Assembly (NCBI GenBank): GCA_963750165.1
Contig: CAVVPN010000011.1
Span: 512,001-576,000 of the forward strand
DNA: 64,000 nt
Source: an uncultured Gemmataceae bacterium
GTDB lineage: Bacteria; Planctomycetota; Planctomycetia; Gemmatales; Gemmataceae
Direction: 5' to 3'
This document shows, piece after piece, positions 19,685 to 30,364 of the stretch. The notes below the pieces were generated by a model. The model did not search any database. It saw only the letters and a program-made list of their open reading frames with translations, and was not told where the DNA came from. A program made the translations under genes and the position numbers. How positions within the stretch are numbered: position 1 is the first letter of the stretch; each line of letters starts with the position of its first letter.

Positions 19685-21397
19685 TCAATTCGATTCGCCT
19701 ACGTGGTGGCAAATGCTGAGCACCTCGTCGAGGGTGGTGATCCCCGCAACCGATTTGGCAACACCATCTTCCAGCAACGTGCGCATGCCCATGAGGCGAG
19801 CCTGGCGACGGATGGCCTGGGTCGGTTCGCGGTTGAAGGTCATGTCGCGCATGGCGGAGTTCATGCGCAGCATCTCGAAGATGCCCTTGCGGCCGCGAAA
19901 GCCGGTGTGGTTGCAGTGGGCACAGCCACGGCCGCGCATGAACGTGGCCTGCTGCGCCTGCTGCGGACTGAGACCGGCGGCCCGAATTTCGTCGGCAGGC
20001 GGCTTGTCCGGCTCCTTGCATTTGGGGCACACGAGCCGCACCAACCGCTGCGCCATGATGGCGATGACTGAACTGGCGACCAGGAAGGGTTGCACACCGA
20101 TGTCGCCCAGGCGCGTAATAGCGCTGGGCGCATCGTTCGTGTGCAGCGTACTGAAAACCAGGTGTCCCGTCAAACTGGCCTGGACGGCGATCTCGGCGGT
20201 CTCCTTGTCGCGGATTTCGCCCACGAGGATGATGTTGGGAGCCTGCCGCAGCATAGCGCGGATGATGCGGGCGAAATCCAGACCGATGTGGTGCCGGACC
20301 TCCACCTGGTTGACGCCCGGCAGGTAATACTCCACCGGATCTTCCGCGGTGATGATCTTGCGATCAGGCCTGTTCAATTCGTTCAGTGCGGCGTACAGCG
20401 TGGTAGTTTTGCCGGAGCCGGTCGGGCCGGTCACCAGGAAGATGCCGTTGGGCCGCTTGATGATGTTCTGGAAGCGCTTGAAATCGTCCTCGCCGAAACC
20501 CATGTCCTTGATGGACAGTTGAATATTACTGCGGTCGAGGATACGCATGACCACTGACTGACCGTGGTTGGTCGGCAGCACACTGACGCGCAGGTCGAAG
20601 TGCTTGTTCTGGATCGTCACCTTGATACGGCCGTCCTGCGGGCGGCGCTTTTCGGAGATGTCGATCCGCGCCATGATCTTGATGCGGGAGACCATTGACG
20701 CCTGGAGGCGTTTGGGCGGGCTGTCGCGTTCGACGAGCACGCCGTCGATGCGGTAGCGAATGCGGACGCGGTCGGCAAAGGGCTCGATGTGGATGTCGCT
20801 GGCGCGCAGTGACACCGCCTCCTGGATCATGAGGTTGACGAGCTTGACGACGGGTGCGTCGCTCTCGTCGGCACCTTCGAGGCTGGCAGTCGCCTCGGTT
20901 TCGGTGAAGTCGATCTGGGTGTCGGTAAATTCTTGCAACATCGAGTCCACGGATTCCGTTTCGGACTGGCCGTAGTGGCTGTTGATGGCCTCGATGATCT
21001 GCTCGCGCGCGGCGAGCACGGGCTGGATGTCCTTGTTCAGGATGAACTGGAGTTTCGTCAGCGTGTCGTAGTCGGATGGATCGCTGAGGAGGATTTTGAG
21101 GGCGCCGTTTTCCTGCGCCAGCGGCAGCACAAAGTTTTCGCGGGCCACCGACTCGGGCACGAGTTCGATGACCGAGGGCGGGATGGTCATGCCGGCGAGA
21201 TCGACGAACTGCATGCCGTGAAACTCGGCGACGGCGCTCATGATCTCCTGGTCAGTGGCGTAGTCGAGTTTGCGCAGCGCCTCCTGCATCTTGACGCCCA
21301 TCTGTTGCATGAGGTTGCGGGCCTCGGTGAGCTGGTCGGCGCTGAGCACCCCTCGCTTCACCAGGATGTCAGTGAAATCGCCGCGGGACTTGGCCAT
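19685..21397 (-). CDS. pilB: Second PilB/GspE ATPase
   Basis: GPTGSGKTT, RQAPN, STLHTND, CPKC..CAHC. Confidence 0.9.
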   Translation of the reverse strand: MAKSRGDFTDILVKRGVLSADQLTEARNLMQQMGVKMQEALRKLDYATDQEIMSAVAEFHGMQFVDLAGMTIPPSVIELVPESVARENFVLPLAQENGALKILLSDPSDYDTLTKLQFILNKDIQPVLAAREQIIEAINSHYGQSETESVDSMLQEFTDTQIDFTETEATASLEGADESDAPVVKLVNLMIQEAVSLRASDIHIEPFADRVRIRYRIDGVLVERDSPPKRLQASMVSRIKIMARIDISEKRRPQDGRIKVTIQNKHFDLRVSVLPTNHGQSVVMRILDRSNIQLSIKDMGFGEDDFKRFQNIIKRPNGIFLVTGPTGSGKTTTLYAALNELNRPDRKIITAEDPVEYYLPGVNQVEVRHHIGLDFARIIRAMLRQAPNIILVGEIRDKETAEIAVQASLTGHLVFSTLHTNDAPSAITRLGDIGVQPFLVASSVIAIMAQRLVRLVCPKCKEPDKPPADEIRAAGLSPQQAQQATFMRGRGCAHCNHTGFRGRKGIFEMLRMNSAMRDMTFNREPTQAIRRQARLMGMRTLLEDGVAKSVAGITTLDEVLSICHHVGESN

Positions 21398-21860
21398 GAG
21401 AGGTTCTCCGATCGGGGGGAGTGCCGTGATGGTTCGCAGCAACGAAATGGGCGGTCCTGAATCGCGAGCCGGCGCCAAACGTCTTGAATGGTTGTGCGGT
21501 GCGGCGACGGCTTGCTATAATAAGGGTGAGCGACAACCGTAAAGTCCGACCATTTCAGAGTAACACCCGGGGAGGGACAGGCAAGAGAAAAATGGCCGTG
21601 GGCATGACTTTTGCCCTGAAAAGCCATTTCGGCCCCTTGCGTGACATGGGGCAGCGCGACGCCGGCGTCAGGAGTGCGTGCGGATCGGAGTATTCAGCGC
21701 ACCCGGACCACGGCGGCCGGCGCATCAGGAAAATCCCTGGAAGCAGCGACACCGGAGCCAGCGGATCGCAAAACGTGTGCGACAGATTACTGGTCACCAG
21801 GGTAACCTGGTGATCTCCCCACACTCGCAAACGCGCAAGCGCTCGAGGGGGCGAAAAACC

Positions 21861-23453
21861 ATGACACGCACTCTGCTCCGCTCCGCAATTGCCGCCATCC
21901 TGGCGCCGGCTCTGTGCCTGTGTACCGCCGCCGTGCCGCGAGCCCAGGGCCCGGCCGTGGTGGACATCAAGAACAACGCCATTGAGATTCGGACGAGTGG
22001 CCCCGTTCACGAGGCCTTCGCCCAACCGATCGTCAACCAGACCGATCCCGGCCCGCTCATCAACCAGCAACCGCCGCCGTCAGTGCCCGAACAGCCGCCG
22101 CCGCAACAGCCCGAGGGGGCCAACGTGAAGTGGATCGACGGCTACTGGGCCTGGGACGCCCAGCGCAACGAGTTCGTCTGGGTGACCGGCACCTACCGCA
22201 ACATGCCGCCGGGCATGCGCTTCGTCGCCGGCTACTGGCAGCAGACATCCGACGGCTGGCGCTGGGTGCCGGGCTTCTACGTGCCGGACGGCCAGCAGCA
22301 AGTGCCGGTGGTGCCACCGCCGCCGGTGTCGCTGGAGACTGGCCCGACCGGGCCGCCGCCGACCAACAACTCGATCTACGTCCCCGGCTACTGGAACCCC
22401 GCCAACGGCTACGCCTGGGTGCCGGGCTTCTACACCGCGGCACAACCCGGCCTGGTGTGGTGTCCGCCGCGCTTCCTGTGGACGCCGGGCGGCTGCCTGT
22501 TCATCAAGGGCTACTGGGATTACCCGCTGGGCAACCGCGGCCTGCTGTTCGCGCCCGTGGCGTTCAACCAGCCGCTGTGGAACAACCCGGGTTGGAACTA
22601 CCAACCGAATTACGTGGTCGGCATGCAGCCGTTGCTGGCGTCGCTGTTTGTGCAGCCGCGGCTGGGCCAGTACTATTTCGGCAACTACTACGGCAACAAC
22701 TACGCCCGAACTGGTTACCAGCCGTGGCAAACTTTTGGCGCGAACCGCTACGATCCGCTGTACAGCTATTACCGCTGGCAGAACCGCAACAACCCGCAGT
22801 GGGCGACGGGACTGACGCAAACGTACCAGGCTCGCGTCGCGGGCCGGCTGCCGCTGCCGCCGCGGACGCTGGCGCAGCAGAACGCCGTGGTGAACGCCGG
22901 TCATAAGACGCTGCGTATGGTCAACACGCTGAACAGTCAAAACCTGCGGCTGCAAACGGCGTCGCAGCTGGCCGCGCAGCGGACGCAGGCGCAGCGGACG
23001 CAGGCGCTGGCGCAGGTGCGCCGCCAGCAGGAGTTGGCGGCGGCGAAGGCGCTCAAGGGCGGCGGCCAGGGCATGCCGCGGTCGCTGAACCTGGCGCACG
23101 CCAACACCATCCACGCGCCGATGGTGAACCAGTACACGCTGCCGAAGACCGCGATTCACCAGCCGGCGTATGTGCCGAAAGCTGTGGTGCATCAGCCGGT
23201 GGTTCGCACGGTCGCGTCGCCCAACACGTTCCAGTCGCGCGGACTGGCGCACACCACGGTGCAACCGCACGCGGGCAACATCAGCGGTGTGCGGCCGTTC
23301 TCGGCGACGACCGCGAATTACCACGCGCCGGCGGTGTATCACGCGCCGGCGGTGCATCATGCGCCAACCATGCACGCGCCGGTAGTGCATCACGCGCCGG
23401 CCGTGCATCATGCGGCGCCGGCGCATCACGGGGGTGGAGGACACCACCGCTGA
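21861..23453 (+). CDS. Secreted WXXGXW/YXWGXW-repeat protein with His-rich tail
   Basis: Signal peptide; repeats WIDGYW, FVAGYW, WVPGFY, YVPGYW, FIKGYW; C-terminal (V/Y)HAPAV repeats. Confidence 0.85.
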   Translation: MTRTLLRSAIAAILAPALCLCTAAVPRAQGPAVVDIKNNAIEIRTSGPVHEAFAQPIVNQTDPGPLINQQPPPSVPEQPPPQQPEGANVKWIDGYWAWDAQRNEFVWVTGTYRNMPPGMRFVAGYWQQTSDGWRWVPGFYVPDGQQQVPVVPPPPVSLETGPTGPPPTNNSIYVPGYWNPANGYAWVPGFYTAAQPGLVWCPPRFLWTPGGCLFIKGYWDYPLGNRGLLFAPVAFNQPLWNNPGWNYQPNYVVGMQPLLASLFVQPRLGQYYFGNYYGNNYARTGYQPWQTFGANRYDPLYSYYRWQNRNNPQWATGLTQTYQARVAGRLPLPPRTLAQQNAVVNAGHKTLRMVNTLNSQNLRLQTASQLAAQRTQAQRTQALAQVRRQQELAAAKALKGGGQGMPRSLNLAHANTIHAPMVNQYTLPKTAIHQPAYVPKAVVHQPVVRTVASPNTFQSRGLAHTTVQPHAGNISGVRPFSATTANYHAPAVYHAPAVHHAPTMHAPVVHHAPAVHHAAPAHHGGGGHHR

Positions 23454-23488
23454 TCGGATAAAATTCTACTGTGTGAGGTGAGAATTGG

Positions 23489-23561
23489 AGGAGGTGTGGG
23501 ACGGCTCTCCAGAGCCGTCGCTGCCGAAGCGACGGCTCTGGAGAGCCGTCCCACACCTCCT
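23489..23561. repeat. REP doublet (GACGGCTCTCCAGAGCCGTC family)
   Basis: 34-bp inverted arms; same unit at 35675-35733. Confidence 0.9.
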
Positions 23562-23731
23562 CTCCGAACCGCGTCATTGCTTCGGGCGCGGGGCCGGACG
23601 CCGCAGCGGTTTGGGACTGGCGTATTTCTTGAGGATTTCCAGGGATCGGGCGGGTGAACTGGACCGTTACCTTGGCTTTGTCATTTGGCTTCCTGGTGTC
23701 CTCGGATGATGACATTATGGTTCCGTGATTT

Positions 23732-25006
23732 CTACGCGCTCACATACGGCAGCACATACGGCCCCTTCGGGATCACCGCCACGCGTGCCGCCGGGCCGTA
23801 CTCGCGCAGGCTGTCCGCGACTGCCTGCTCCACCGTCGCCGCCGGCTCGACGTAGCAGCGACGCAGTTCCTCCGGCGAGATACCGTCGCTGACCACTTTC
23901 ACCTTGCAGCGCTCGTTGACTTTCGCCTGTTCTTCCAACTGCCACTGGTCCATGACGAAATAATCCTTGCCCAGAATCCGCTTTTTAAATTCCTTCAGGT
24001 CGGGATTGTCGCGCATGATCTGCTGGAACTCGGGACTGCCGAGCCCTTCGCTCAGGCTGACCGCCAGCACGATGGTGCCGCCCTGCTTGACGATCGGCAG
24101 CGCCCCCGTCAGGCCCTTGATGGCCTGATACCACGTCGTATCCAGCGGATAGCCGGCGCCGCTGGTCAGTACCACGTCGAACGGTTCCGGCACCGGCACG
24201 CGCACCACCTGCTCAACGAACTTGACGCCCGCTGCCCACGCCCGCTCCATGTGGCCGGCGCCCACCCAGGTGACGCGCCGCTTCTCGTCCAGGCACACGT
24301 TCACGATGAAATCGCAGCCCGCCATCTTGGCGATGCGCGTGTTCTCCTCGTGGACGGGGTTGCCCTCCACGAAGCCGCAGTCCGCCTTCGGGTGCTCCAG
24401 GAATTTCGGCCCGTGCCAGACCTTGACCGTCTCCAGCGCCGCGATGCCGGGGCAGATGACCTTGCGACCGCCGCTGTAGCCCGCCATCAGATGCGGCTCG
24501 ATCAGGCCCGTTGTGATCTTCAGGTCGGCGCGCACGTAACGGCTGTCGAGGTGGACCGGTACACCGTTTGGGGTGACGCCGAGGAAGTCGTGTTCGGCGA
24601 GCGCCTTGCCGTGGTGGTTCTCGACACGGTAGTTGGCGGCGATGTCCGGGCCGAGCATCTCGACCAGTTCGGCGCCCTCGTTGGGCCGGTGCAGGCCGGT
24701 GGCGACCAGGATGAGGATGTCGAGGCGAGCAATGCCCTGCGCCTCCAGGGTGCGCAACAGCGGCGGCAGGATCAGGCGGTTCGGCACCGGCCGCGTGATG
24801 TCGCACACCAGAATGCAGGCGTTCTTGCGACCGCGGGCGACTTCCGCAAGCGGCGGACAGCCGATGGGCTGGGCGAGCGCGGCGGCGATGGCCTGTTCGG
24901 GGTCGGGCAGCGGTGCCGCGGGGCGGATCGCCAACGGGCCGACGACGCGGTCGTCGGGCAGGTCCACGGGCAGTCCGGTGCGGCCGTAATCGAGGGTGAT
25001 GCGCAT
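23732..25006 (-). CDS. larA: Nickel-pincer-dependent lactate racemase family protein
   Basis: [36 protein letters not shown] motifs. Substrate not assignable from sequence alone. Confidence 0.85.
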   Translation of the reverse strand: MRITLDYGRTGLPVDLPDDRVVGPLAIRPAAPLPDPEQAIAAALAQPIGCPPLAEVARGRKNACILVCDITRPVPNRLILPPLLRTLEAQGIARLDILILVATGLHRPNEGAELVEMLGPDIAANYRVENHHGKALAEHDFLGVTPNGVPVHLDSRYVRADLKITTGLIEPHLMAGYSGGRKVICPGIAALETVKVWHGPKFLEHPKADCGFVEGNPVHEENTRIAKMAGCDFIVNVCLDEKRRVTWVGAGHMERAWAAGVKFVEQVVRVPVPEPFDVVLTSGAGYPLDTTWYQAIKGLTGALPIVKQGGTIVLAVSLSEGLGSPEFQQIMRDNPDLKEFKKRILGKDYFVMDQWQLEEQAKVNERCKVKVVSDGISPEELRRCYVEPAATVEQAVADSLREYGPAARVAVIPKGPYVLPYVSA

Positions 25007-25110
25007 GGGAGTGTCACAGTTGAGGTTGAAGCGCGGCGGTCCCGGGGCGTATAAAACATTATCGCCGTTGCGCCGCGGTTTTCCAATTCTCAGACTTCAA
25101 AACCACCCGC

Positions 25111-25170
25111 CGAGCGGGGTCGCGTCAGCGCCCCGTGCGTCATCACGGGGCGCTGACGCGACCCCGCTCG
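25111..25170. repeat. REP doublet
   Basis: Perfect 27-bp arms CGAGCGGGGTCGCGTCAGCGCCCCGTG. Confidence 0.85.
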
Positions 25171-25189
25171 CCGGAGAAAGTTGAATCAC

Positions 25190-26341
25190 ATGACCGCTGT
25201 TGCCAGCCCGCTGACGCTGCCCGAGACGCCGCCCGAGGTCAAGCGCTATCAGTGGCAAAAGCTGGTCGCCCAGCTGGCGTCCGCCGGTCTCGTCCTGGCG
25301 TTCCTGATCGGCATGGCCGGCTGGGGGGCACCCGCGCTTGATCCGTGGCTGCGCGGCTGGCTCGGCGACGGGCCGTGGTTGCGGCTGCTGGCGCTGGCCG
25401 TGGTGCTCGGCGTCGGCCTCGAACTGCTGACGTTGCCGCTGTCGTTCTACTCCAGCTTCATCCTCGAACACCGTTACCAGCTGAGCAACCAGAGCCTGGC
25501 GGCGTGGGCGTGGCGACAGATCAAGGGCTACCTCGTCGGCGGCGTGCTGGGGCTGGTGCTGCTCTACGGGTTTTACGCGCTGCTGCTGTTCACGCAACCG
25601 TGGTGGTTGTGGGCGGCGCTGGCGTGGCTGGTGGTGTCGCTGGTGCTGGGCCAGCTGCTGCCGGTGGTTGTGCTGCCGCTGTTTTTCAAGGTGACGCGCC
25701 TGCAGGACGACGCGCTGCAACAACGGCTGGCGCGACTGGCGGAGGGCACCGGGTTGACGCTGGAAGGGGTCTACCGCCTGGACCTGAGCGCCGACACGCG
25801 CAAGGCCAACGCGGCGCTGGCGGGTCTGGGCCGGACGCGGCGCGTGCTGCTCGGCGACACGCTGCTGAACAACTTTTCGCCGGAGGAAATCGAGGTCGTG
25901 TTTGCCCACGAGGTCGGCCATCATGTGCATCGCCACATTCCGAAGCTGGTGGTGCTGAGCGTGGTGCTGGCGCTGGCGGGCTTCTGGCTGGTGGATCTGA
26001 TCGGCGGAGCGCTGGCGATGCGCCTGGGGTACACGTCGTTCACGGACCCAGCGGCGCTGCCGCTGGTGCTGGTAGTGCTGTCGCTGTTCGGACTGCTGCT
26101 CAGTCCGTTGCAAAACGCGATCAGCCGGCACTTCGAGCGGCAGTGCGACCGCTATGCGCTGGAGCGCACCAGGCTGAGCGACGCGTACCGGGCCGCGTTC
26201 ATTAAACTGGCACAGCTGAACAAGTCCGACCCGGACCCGCACCCGCTGGCGGTGTGGCTATTCCATGACCATCCGCCCATTCGTGAGCGCGTGGCGATGG
26301 CAGACATTGTTCAGTGTTCGGGGCCTCTCATGAGCCTTTAA
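25190..26341 (+). CDS. M48 family zinc metalloprotease (Ste24-like)
   Basis: TM segments, KANA, HEVGH, ERQCD, HPPIRER. Confidence 0.9.
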   Translation: MTAVASPLTLPETPPEVKRYQWQKLVAQLASAGLVLAFLIGMAGWGAPALDPWLRGWLGDGPWLRLLALAVVLGVGLELLTLPLSFYSSFILEHRYQLSNQSLAAWAWRQIKGYLVGGVLGLVLLYGFYALLLFTQPWWLWAALAWLVVSLVLGQLLPVVVLPLFFKVTRLQDDALQQRLARLAEGTGLTLEGVYRLDLSADTRKANAALAGLGRTRRVLLGDTLLNNFSPEEIEVVFAHEVGHHVHRHIPKLVVLSVVLALAGFWLVDLIGGALAMRLGYTSFTDPAALPLVLVVLSLFGLLLSPLQNAISRHFERQCDRYALERTRLSDAYRAAFIKLAQLNKSDPDPHPLAVWLFHDHPPIRERVAMADIVQCSGPLMSL

Positions 26342-26510
26342 TACCAACCGTGCTAGGCTTCTCTTCATAATGCCCAGAATTTAAGAATTCCAGGAGCCCG
26401 CGAGAGTCCGTGGTTGGTGTTTTGTCGGTACCCCAGCACTGCCATGGCTCTCGCGATTCCTCCGCACGGTGAGCATACACACCAATGATCGTCCGGAAAA
26501 GGGGGCGCAC

Positions 26511-27191
26511 GTGCGGGTTCTGCTAATTGAAGACCATAAGCCCATGCTCCGGGCCCTGCGACAGGGGCTCGAGGAGGAGGGTTTTGCCGTCGATGTGGCC
26601 GTTGACGGCGAGGAAGGGGACTTCAAGGCCCGCACCGCCAACTACGATGTCATCATCCTCGATCTGATGCTGCCCAAGATCGACGGTCTGACGCTGCTGC
26701 AGAACTGGCGGCGCTCGGGTCTCAACACCCACGTGCTCTTGCTGACCGCCCGCGACACCCTCGACGATAAGGTCAAGGGCCTCGACCTGGGTGCCGACGA
26801 CTACCTGACCAAGCCGCCTCAGCTTGAGGAGCTGTTCGCCCGCCTGCGGGCCCTCATCCGCCGCGGCCATCAGGTGAAAGACCCCATCCTGCGCGTCTGC
26901 GACCTGGAGATCGACACGGCCGCGCGCACCGTCAAGCGCGCCGGCCAACCCATCCACCTGACGCCGCGCGAGTACGCCCTGCTCCAGTTCCTGGCGTTCC
27001 ATCGCGGCAAGGTCGTCAGTCGCTCCATGATCTGGGAGCACCTGTACGACGAGCATGACGAGAACACTTCCAACGTCGTGGACGTTTACATTCGCTACCT
27101 ACGCACCAAGATCGACAAGGGCTTCAACCCGCCGCTGATCCTGACGCGCTGGGGCGAAGGCTACCTCCTGCGCGGGGACGACCCTTCATGA
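26511..27191 (+). CDS. OmpR-family response regulator
   Basis: LIED, DLMLP, GADDY, LTPREY, SNVVDVYIRYLR. Confidence 0.92.
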   Translation: MRVLLIEDHKPMLRALRQGLEEEGFAVDVAVDGEEGDFKARTANYDVIILDLMLPKIDGLTLLQNWRRSGLNTHVLLLTARDTLDDKVKGLDLGADDYLTKPPQLEELFARLRALIRRGHQVKDPILRVCDLEIDTAARTVKRAGQPIHLTPREYALLQFLAFHRGKVVSRSMIWEHLYDEHDENTSNVVDVYIRYLRTKIDKGFNPPLILTRWGEGYLLRGDDPS

Positions 27192-29113
27192 AGTCCATTC
27201 GAGTCTCGCTCATCGTCTATTTCCTGCTGCTGCTCGCCGTCGCCCTCGGCGCGGTCTCGTATTTCTATTACGAAAGCACCTCGCAGGCGCTGCGCGACAA
27301 GGAAGCCACCAAGAAAAAGTTGCTGGACGAGCAGTACCATGCCGCCTGCGTCGCCGTGCGCGCGGACCTGGACCAAAAGCTGCAGCGCAGCGCGGAGGCG
27401 CTGGCGGGCCAGGCGTGCGGCTACCGCCGGGGCTGGGAGCATGCGTATCCGGCCGACCTGATCGCGCTGGCCGCCAACCCGTCCACGCGCCTGGCCGCCG
27501 GCCTCTGGGTGCCGGAGGTCCGCTCCGCGGACGGGCCGAACTCCTTCCCCAACATGGCCAACGCCAAGCGCGTGCTCAGCCGCACCCCGCCGCACCACCC
27601 CATCGTCCACCTGGAAGACGCCGAGGACGTGATCGACAAGGTGCGCGACCTGAAGACCCAGGTCTTCTTCCAGAGCTTCACCAAGGACGGCTGGACGATG
27701 GAGAAGTCCGAGTCGCTCGGCACGGACAGCTTTGTCCTGGATGACAAGGTGCGCCACGAATTGAGCCTCTTCAAGGAAAAGTTCGACGACGTGACGCTGA
27801 AGTCGGGGCTGAAACTCCGCCGCGTCACTTACAAAGTGCCGGTGCCACGGTTCAACTTCACCTACGCCCCCGGCACCATCCCGCAGGCGCCGCCGCAGCG
27901 AGTGGGATGGTTGAGCAGGTACATGCCCAAGGGCGGCCCGCCCAAGGGCGGGCCGCCCCCCAAAGGCGAAGACCGTCGGCCGCCGTTCGCCAAGGGCAGC
28001 CGCAGCCTCACCATCTTCATCCAGTACGCCAGCGACGTGGACAAACGCGACCGGAACATCGCCGCCCTCCGCGCCGAGCGCGACCAGGCTTTGGCCGACC
28101 TGGCCGAGCAATCGCGCGAGGCGCTGGTGACCCTGCAGCAGTACATGCTCTGGGTGGGCCTGACCACCTTCGCGGCGCTGTTCCTGGGCGGCTACCTGCT
28201 CGTCTGGCTCGGCCTGCTGCCGCTGCACCGCCTCTCCGACGCCGTCAGCCGTGTCTCCGCCCGCGACTTCCGCCTGGAGATCGACGACCGGAAAATGCCC
28301 GGCGAACTACAGCCCATCGTTGAACGCCTCAAGCACACGCTGGAACTGCTCAAGCGCGCCTTCGCCCGCGAAAAGCAGGCGGCTGCCGACATCTCGCACG
28401 AGCTACGCACCCCACTCGCGGCCCTGATGACCACGCTCGAAGTCGGCCTGCGCAAGTCGCGCAGCGCCGAGGAGTATCGCGAGATGCTGGAGGATTGTCG
28501 CGAGAGCGGTTTGCAGATGAACCAGCTGGTCGAGCGGTTGCTCAAGCTGGCCCGCCTTGACGCCGGCGCCGACCTGGTGCGGCCGCGTGAGGTGGACGTG
28601 GCCGCGCTCGCCGATCAGTGCGCCACGCTGGTGCGGCCGCTGGTCGAGGCCCGCGGCCTGACGCTGCGCGTCCACCACGACGGCCCGGCCCTGCTCATGG
28701 CCGACCCCGACAAGCTCCGCGAGGTGGTCACCAACCTGCTGCACAACGCCATCCAGTACAACCGCCCTGACGGCGCGATCGACATTGCGGTCGGCAGCCG
28801 CGACGGCGAGTTGCGGATCGAGGTGCGCGACACCGGCGTCGGCATCAGCGCGGAGGCCCGGCAGCGCATTTTCGAGCGCTTCTACCGCGAGGATCCGTCG
28901 CGGCACGCCGAGGGGTTGCACGCCGGCCTGGGGCTGGCTATCGTTAAGGGTTACGTGGATTTAATGGGCGGCGGCATTGAGGTTGAGAGCCAGGTGGGCG
29001 CGGGCACGACCTTTCGCGTGTGCCTGCCGGTGCGGCCGGCGGTGACGCGCTCGGTGACCCTGACTGGCGCCAACCCTGCGTTCGCCATTCAGCCGGCCCA
29101 GCCCGGAGTGTGA
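27188..29113 (+). CDS. Sensor histidine kinase (HAMP-HisKA-HATPase)
   Basis: Two TM segments, SHELRTPL, NAIQY, DTGVG, GLGL; 4-bp overlap with the regulator. Confidence 0.92.
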   Translation: MKSIRVSLIVYFLLLLAVALGAVSYFYYESTSQALRDKEATKKKLLDEQYHAACVAVRADLDQKLQRSAEALAGQACGYRRGWEHAYPADLIALAANPSTRLAAGLWVPEVRSADGPNSFPNMANAKRVLSRTPPHHPIVHLEDAEDVIDKVRDLKTQVFFQSFTKDGWTMEKSESLGTDSFVLDDKVRHELSLFKEKFDDVTLKSGLKLRRVTYKVPVPRFNFTYAPGTIPQAPPQRVGWLSRYMPKGGPPKGGPPPKGEDRRPPFAKGSRSLTIFIQYASDVDKRDRNIAALRAERDQALADLAEQSREALVTLQQYMLWVGLTTFAALFLGGYLLVWLGLLPLHRLSDAVSRVSARDFRLEIDDRKMPGELQPIVERLKHTLELLKRAFAREKQAAADISHELRTPLAALMTTLEVGLRKSRSAEEYREMLEDCRESGLQMNQLVERLLKLARLDAGADLVRPREVDVAALADQCATLVRPLVEARGLTLRVHHDGPALLMADPDKLREVVTNLLHNAIQYNRPDGAIDIAVGSRDGELRIEVRDTGVGISAEARQRIFERFYREDPSRHAEGLHAGLGLAIVKGYVDLMGGGIEVESQVGAGTTFRVCLPVRPAVTRSVTLTGANPAFAIQPAQPGV

Positions 29114-29116
29114 AGT

Positions 29117-29749
29117 ATGCGACCCGTCACCGCGACCAAGAAACCCGCTGCCACGTCGCCCGTCTCGGTGCCCGTGGACGACCCCGAAGTGTGCCTGATG
29201 CTGCGCGTGCAGCGCGACGAGCCGGGCGCCTTCGCGGAGCTGGTCGAGGCCTACTGGCCGCGCGTCTTCGGCCGCTTTTGTCGCGCCCTGCACGACCGCC
29301 AGGAAGCGGAGGATCTGGCCCAGGAGGTGTTCCTGCGGCTGTACCGCTCGCGCAAGCGCTACCAGCCGCGGGCGCGGTTCACGACCTGGCTGTTCCACAT
29401 CAGCCAGAACGTGGCGCGCAACGCGCTGCGGGCGCGGCGGCGGCACGAGTGCCTCAAACTCGGTGCGCTGCTGTGCTCGCAGGAGGAACTGCCGGCGCTG
29501 CGGCGGCGCGGCGAGGAAGCGGACCCGCCGTCACGGCCGCTGGAACGCTCGGAACTGGCTGGGGCGGTGCGACGGGCGGTGTCGGGCCTGGCCGGCCGCC
29601 AGCGGCTGGCGCTGGAACTGCACCAGTTCGAGGACCATAGCTACGCCGAGGTCGCCAGCGCCATGGCCATGACGCCCAAGGCCGCCAAGAGCCTGCTGTA
29701 TCGGGCGCGCAACCAGCTGCGGGCGACGCTGGTCAAGTTCATGGAATAA
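29117..29749 (+). CDS. ECF sigma-70 factor
   Basis: AEDLAQEVF, FTTWLF, SYAEVA...KSLLYRAR. Confidence 0.9.
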   Translation: MRPVTATKKPAATSPVSVPVDDPEVCLMLRVQRDEPGAFAELVEAYWPRVFGRFCRALHDRQEAEDLAQEVFLRLYRSRKRYQPRARFTTWLFHISQNVARNALRARRRHECLKLGALLCSQEELPALRRRGEEADPPSRPLERSELAGAVRRAVSGLAGRQRLALELHQFEDHSYAEVASAMAMTPKAAKSLLYRARNQLRATLVKFME

Positions 29750-29751
29750 GC

Positions 29752-29827
29752 AAGTTGCACCACAAAGACACAAAGGAAAAGACAAAGAAATCTCTGTCTT
29801 TTCCTTTGTGTCTTTGTGGTGCAACTT
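29752..29827. repeat. CACAAAG-type palindromic element between convergent genes
   Basis: Perfect 33-bp arms AAGTTGCACCACAAAGACACAAAGGAAAAGACA. Confidence 0.88.
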
Positions 29828-29830
29828 TCT

Positions 29831-30343
29831 TTATTTCGCCTGACTCTTCCGCATGAAAGCGCCGCGTTCCGGTTCCTCATGGTACTGGCCCGCCTCCAGC
29901 GCCTTGACGAAGTCCTCCAGCCACGCCTTCAGCGACGGGGCAATCGCCTTGTGCTCGGTGTTGGCCAGGTAGTACGCCCGCACGGGCGCCGGCCTCCTGG
30001 TCGTGTCCAGGCAGAGGTAATCGCCCTCGTCGTCATCGAGGAACGGCACCCACTGCGGGCTCCAGCCGGTCTCCTCCGCCCCCTCGTCCAGGTCGGCCCT
30101 GGCCGCGGCGATGCGCTCGGCGCTCATCAGCAGCCAGTTCTCCTCGAAGCGGCCCGCGGACGCCGATGTCTGGCCGTCGTGCCAGGTCAACAAGGTCCGC
30201 AACTCGTCCGGCAACGGTGTGCCGAGGGCCTTCTCCAGTTTCGCCAGCAGCGCCTCCGAGGCGCCGCGCCGCAGCCCTTTGGTGAAGAAACGCTTGCGGT
30301 GCGCGGCAAGCCAGCGCTCCAGGCGTTGCAATATCTCGTCCAT
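29831..30343 (-). CDS. SMI1/KNR4 family protein
   Basis: GASE..LAKLEKALGTPLPDEL..HDGQ, WVPF..GDYLCLD. Confidence 0.85.
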   Translation of the reverse strand: MDEILQRLERWLAAHRKRFFTKGLRRGASEALLAKLEKALGTPLPDELRTLLTWHDGQTSASAGRFEENWLLMSAERIAAARADLDEGAEETGWSPQWVPFLDDDEGDYLCLDTTRRPAPVRAYYLANTEHKAIAPSLKAWLEDFVKALEAGQYHEEPERGAFMRKSQAK

Positions 30344-30364
30344 GTGTCCGCTCCTTCCCTCACG

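Noticed and set aside
23320..23453. His-rich tail as a nickel chaperone for the neighbouring larA
   Set aside because: The protein is secreted and convergently transcribed, and low-complexity tails are expected in this family.
26808..26825. KPP instead of the conserved KPF in the response regulator
   Set aside because: A single-residue oddity in an error-prone sequence; cannot be interpreted.
29831..30343. SMI1/KNR4 gene as part of a polymorphic toxin locus
   Set aside because: No toxin or delivery gene is adjacent; it looks like an orphan.
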